A program made the position numbers and the translations under genes. From Octopus vulgaris (taxonomy: Eukaryota), in assembly GCA_951406725.2 (NCBI GenBank), contig OX597814.1:12338001-12402000 (forward strand): 64,000 nt of DNA. The letters are read 5' to 3'. Shown here in pieces: positions 58,930 through 64,000 of the stretch. How positions within the stretch are numbered: position 1 is the stretch's first letter; each line of letters begins with the position of its first letter. Below the pieces are notes generated by a model. That model was given only the letters and a program-made list of their open reading frames with translations, did no database searches and was not told where the DNA came from.

Positions 58930-59600
58930 TGGAATATTGGTACTTTTTAAGAGAAGTTTATTTAGAAACTGCCTCAAGTAAGCTGATAAAGTTTTGGGTG
59001 ACTTATCATAGGGATTTAGAACTGATGATTATGTAGTTACTGGCATAGAAACAAATGTAAAACATATAGCCAGCGTATTTGAAAGTGTCTAAATAGAAGA
59101 CTGTAAATTTCTTAGAGATTATGAAGGTCTTTGGAGAGCAGATTTTGGAGTCCATCGAGTAGAAATATATGTTGTGAAGGAGTGTAAATTTGTCACCAGA
59201 AGGGGTAGTTTAAGAAGAATAGGATCCTGATTGTAGGTGCGCTTAGAAGATAGGAAAGCTCTGTTAGGTTGATGGTGTGGTTGCGTTTGCGAGATCTACA
59301 ACCCAATGAGAAATACACTGTTGGGAATTGAGTTGGAATTTAGTCAGAATCAGTGTTGCAAAACTGACAGAGTAGAAGTAATATACGTAGAAAATGAGAC
59401 AACTGGTTTTATATGTTTGTAGAGAGATTGTAGAAATAGGAGTGAAAATCCACGATTGTTGAAATATGGTATAATTGAAGAAGCTGATGCGGGTATCAGA
59501 TATCGTGGAAATCAATGAAAGGGCTGAGTGAAACTAAGTTTTGTAAGAGAGGAATCTGCAAACTTGCTGTCAGGTAAGTGCAGCGATGCCGACCTGCACA
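58930..59600 (-). mobile_element. Possible decayed CR1/L2-type APE endonuclease fragment
   Basis: ISDTRISFFNYTIFQ (cf. ISDxEIxIPNYxIFRxDR); C-rich sense strand. Confidence 0.4.
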
Positions 59601-59803
59601 AGGAAATATGTCCACAGAACTAGGCAAAAATATATGTCATAAAAGGATTTACAAATTGTCTCGCACAATTTTTGGTCCAATTTAGTGCTTATAGTAACAC
59701 CGTTAAACTATCTGCAAAACACACCTGGCAAGGAGAAAAAATTGAAAAGGAGAACAAGTAGATTAGGCGAAGCAGTATGATGGTTAAGTTACGTGAGGGA
59801 TTA

Positions 59804-60058
59804 AAAAAAAAAGACAGGTAAAGTTTGTTCTCGTATCATACCGATTCATAAGGGCCGGATTCCCGGCCTATATATTCCTCACCTTGACGGGACGCCGATC
59901 TGTCGCAGAATCACTCACTTTTGCTAGCTGAGTGGACTGGAGCAACGTGAAAATGGGTGTTTTGTTCAAGAACACAATGCGTCGCACGTTCAAGAATGGA
60001 AACCACAATCTTACGATCAAGAGTCCAACAACCTAACCACTAAGCCACGCACCTCCAC
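59804..60058 (-). mobile_element. SINE family D variant with a different 3' tail
   Basis: Perfect 13-bp TSD acgtgagggatta; head and central body match the other D copies. Confidence 0.85.
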
Positions 60059-60330
60059 ACGTGAGGGATTAGTGTTCTATTAGATGCTTAAGCACGAGAT
60101 CTGGCACGTAAAGATAATTGTCTGCTACGGGCACGAGTTCTGGCCCGTAGCAGACAATTATCGCAATTATACACACTAGTGCTTTTATGCGCCACGAGTC
60201 CATATTACAGATCCTCTCATGGGAAATAACGCAGTATTCTGTGTCCAAAGACAACATCCACGTTGAGCTGGAAATTTAATTTAATGTGTCAGTTATGCTA
60301 CCTTGTATAAAAGATGAGAAATTGATAATA

Positions 60331-61621
60331 CGAGGGGCGTTCAATAAGTAATGCCCTTGACCCACTTTCCATAGCAGTAGAGCAACGAAACTTGGCACAG
60401 TTATTAGTCTTTTTCTACATAGGAACCACCCAGAGTTACGCATTTCTGCCATCGTTTGATGCAGCGCTGGAGACCGTTTTTGTAGAAGACCCCAGCTTGG
60501 TCCTCCAAACACGACGTGACTTTAGAAATCAAGGCTGCATCATCTGTGAAATGCGTTCCTTTCAAAAAAAAACTTCATGGCTGGGAAGAGGTGAAAATCA
60601 GAGGGTGCAAGGTCAGGAAAGTAGGGGGATGGGGGAGGAGTTCATAGCAGCACGCCTGTGCTTCTGATCTGGCGACACGCGAGTTGTGGACCGGAGCGTT
60701 GTCCTGCAGGAGGAGGATGCCTTTGCTGATCTTGTCCCACCTCTTGATTTTGATAGCTTCTCATAATTTCCTCAAAAGTGAAGCATAATAGGCTCCTGTA
60801 ATTGTGGTACCCTTTGCCAGGAAATCTGTCATCACTACTCCGTCCTGGTCCCAGAAGACTGTGAGCATGACCTTGCCAGCGGAGGGCTGCACCCTTGCCT
60901 TCTTTGGAGGAGGTGAGTCACGGTGCTTCCACTGCATTGACTGGACTTTGGTCTCTGAATCATAGTGATGGACCCAGGTTTCATCCTGTGTAATCAGTCA
61001 TTTGAAAAGTTTTGACTCATCTTCTTGGCACATCTCCAAATTCATCCTCGAGCACTCGACGCGTTCTTGCTTCTGGAAAGGTGTGAGCAACCTGGGAATC
61101 CATCTGACAGACACCTTTTACATATGCAAATGGTCATGAATGATAGTTTCCACAGACCCGGTACTAATCTTGACCTTATGGGCTATTTGGCGAATAGTTA
61201 TGCATCGATCTTCCAAAATGGCAGCCTCAACTGACGGACAGATGCCTCATCAATGGCAGAAGGCGGTGACCAGATCTGGGAGCTGTTTCCACAGAGTTCC
61301 GACCATGTTTGAATTCACGATGCCAGCGTTTTACAAGGTCATATGATGGGGCATCATCACCATAAGTTACTTTCATTTCATCAAAAGTCTCCTGTGGTGT
61401 GCGTCCTATCAAATACAAAAACCGGATCACTGCTCGACACTCAACAGGCTCCATTTCACACTTGACTCAATTCAAACACCTGTAAATCAGAATCCACAAT
61501 TGGCTCAGAGCTGTAATTTGCCACTTAATCTATAGAGATATAAATAATTGCACATGCCAAATATCAGCTAGATCAAACAACTGCAAGTGGGTCAGAGGCA
61601 TTACTTATTGAACGCCCCTCG
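60331..61621 (-). mobile_element. Full-length mariner (DD34D type), transposase frameshifted
   Basis: TA-cgaggggcgttcaataagtaatgcc... TIRs at both ends. MEPVECRAVIRFL...VKRWHREFKHGR (HTH), ITQDETWVHHY, LQDNAPVH, PDLAPSDFHLF. Confidence 0.95.
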
Positions 61622-61662
61622 TACATTATGTATAGCTAAAAATGTATATATTTTTTCTTGTG

Positions 61663-61707
<45 letters not shown>

Positions 61708-62135
61708 TCACTCACTCACACACACACACATTCATGTTCATGCTCTCTCTCTCCCCTTCTCTTTCTCTTTTTCACACACTCACATAATTATATATTTCAT
61801 TGAAACCTCAACTCTTGCGACAATCGTAGGGAAACCTACGTGTATCGAATGCATTTAAACTTAGTGGAGCTTCTTCCTTTCGATGCCAGAAGACGATCGT
61901 GGATTTTCAGCGTTAAAAAGAAAGGCGGAAAGAAGAATAGACTCTAGTACTGACTAGTAGCTCATTTATCTGCTCTAAAGGGGCGAGGGGCAAATTTGAC
62001 GTCAGCAGGATTTGAAATAGATTGTACATAGCCGGAGTGAATAATATAAAGCCGACGGTCTAGACAATGTGCAATCCACCGTTTTAATTACACGTGCATA
62101 TATATATGCATACATGTACATAGCGACAGTTATAT

Positions 62136-62206
<71 letters not shown>

Positions 62207-63054
62207 ACATATATCATAAACACACACACGCACATATGTATACACACATACACACAAAACACACACATATACATATATACATAAATGTACATACCGGCAG
62301 TTATATATATATATATAATACACACACACGCATATATGTATACACAAATACACCTACATACACACAATACACACATATATACATACTTGTACATATACAT
62401 ACATATATGCACATACATATAAATATAACACACACATACATACACGCAGAAGCACACATACACACATATACACACACTCATACACATGTTAAAAGGAAAC
62501 ATTCTTTTCATTACTCCGTACTGACGGATTGCTGTTGGATAAATATCTTAATATTGATATTATTTTGTTTTGGGAGAGGTTGTTGAACTTATGGAATATG
62601 ATATTGACGCCATTTCCAAGTTGTTTACAACGGAAAAAAGAGGTGGGGCGAGGATAACTGAACCAGAAAGAAAGAGAGATAGACTGACTGAATGCCAAAA
62701 TATTGGGGTTAAAGAATAAGACGAGAAACCGGGTTACATAGAGTAAGATATAGAAGCGGACAGTAAGAAGTCGCAGTTATGAGGAAAATCACCCACACGA
62801 GAAATAGGGGTTACTCCTCTAAATATGCTGACGCGTATGTCTTTATTTGCACGTAGGCCAACAAAGGGGCTATACGTGTTTTTTTTTTGTTTCCTACAAA
62901 TGACACTGAAATCCCTTTCAGTAAATATATATATATATAATAACAATATTAGGGAGTAAATCCAAACTTACAGGGAAAAATTAGATTTAGGATTAAATCT
63001 AATTTTACAGTATAAATATATATATTAAATTAGAGATAAAACCACTAATGTGAC

Positions 63055-63240
63055 CTCGTGTGTACCGTTGGCGATTTTTTTCCTCTGTCTTCTCTTCTCT
63101 GGATCTTTCCTTCTCCTATGTTTCCAACGAAGAGCTCCGTTCGAAACGTTAAACCCTCCTTCTTTCCTGAGCGTCCAATAATACTATATTTGTTCCACGT
63201 CCTCGCGTTGTTGTGTTTTTTTGTGCTTTCTTGTTTGGAT

Positions 63241-63245
<5 letters not shown>
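63055..63245 (+). mobile_element. Penelope-like terminal fragment with a degenerate minimal hammerhead (63120-63154), ending at (TA)n
   Basis: gttt-ccaacga-a-gagc(tcc)gttc-gaaa-cg-tt-aaac. Confidence 0.55.
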
Positions 63246-63272
<27 letters not shown>

Positions 63273-63367
63273 AGTTCAGCAAAATTTAGATTCAGATGAA
63301 TATGGTACTTAAGTTAAAGGCACCAGAATCTCGTATGGTCTTATCCATATAAATCAAATAGGGTGAT

Positions 63368-63850
<483 letters not shown>

Positions 63851-64000
63851 AGGTTTGGAGATGATGTACAGGTATTATATATTAGAAAAAATGAGGTAAT
63901 CAGATCGGATGGTTCATATTTATAGATATTTATTTATATATTACATTTTTTACATATATATCATATCATTCAGATCATATCATTCGGATTAGCGCTTTCT

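Overview
This is AT-rich, microsatellite-saturated animal DNA with no confidently identifiable host protein-coding gene, so it is most likely intronic or intergenic. The repeat repertoire looks like a coleoid cephalopod, probably Octopus (inference from the SINE families and simple-repeat density). Nearly all ORFs in the track are microsatellite artefacts. Real coding remnants come from mobile elements: R4/Dong-clade non-LTR retrotransposons (RT + CCHC + restriction-like endonuclease) in (TAA)n arrays, a Penelope-like GIY-YIG fragment with inverted terminal repeats, two mariners, a DD37E Tc1 (TRT-like), an IS630/Gambol-like element with ~190-bp TIRs, a Chapaev3-type transposase and decayed CR1/L1-like pieces. 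There are also at least four tRNA-derived SINE families (here A-D, many with TSDs) and non-autonomous Helitrons. Two signals stand out. First, six type-I hammerhead-ribozyme-like motifs, two with fully canonical cores, lie in short unrelated elements next to (TA)n, some as foldbacks. Second, a ~550-bp non-coding element occurs twice with matching ends in (TAA)n-type context and may be a non-autonomous partner of the R4/Dong elements. All coordinates and alignments were read by eye.
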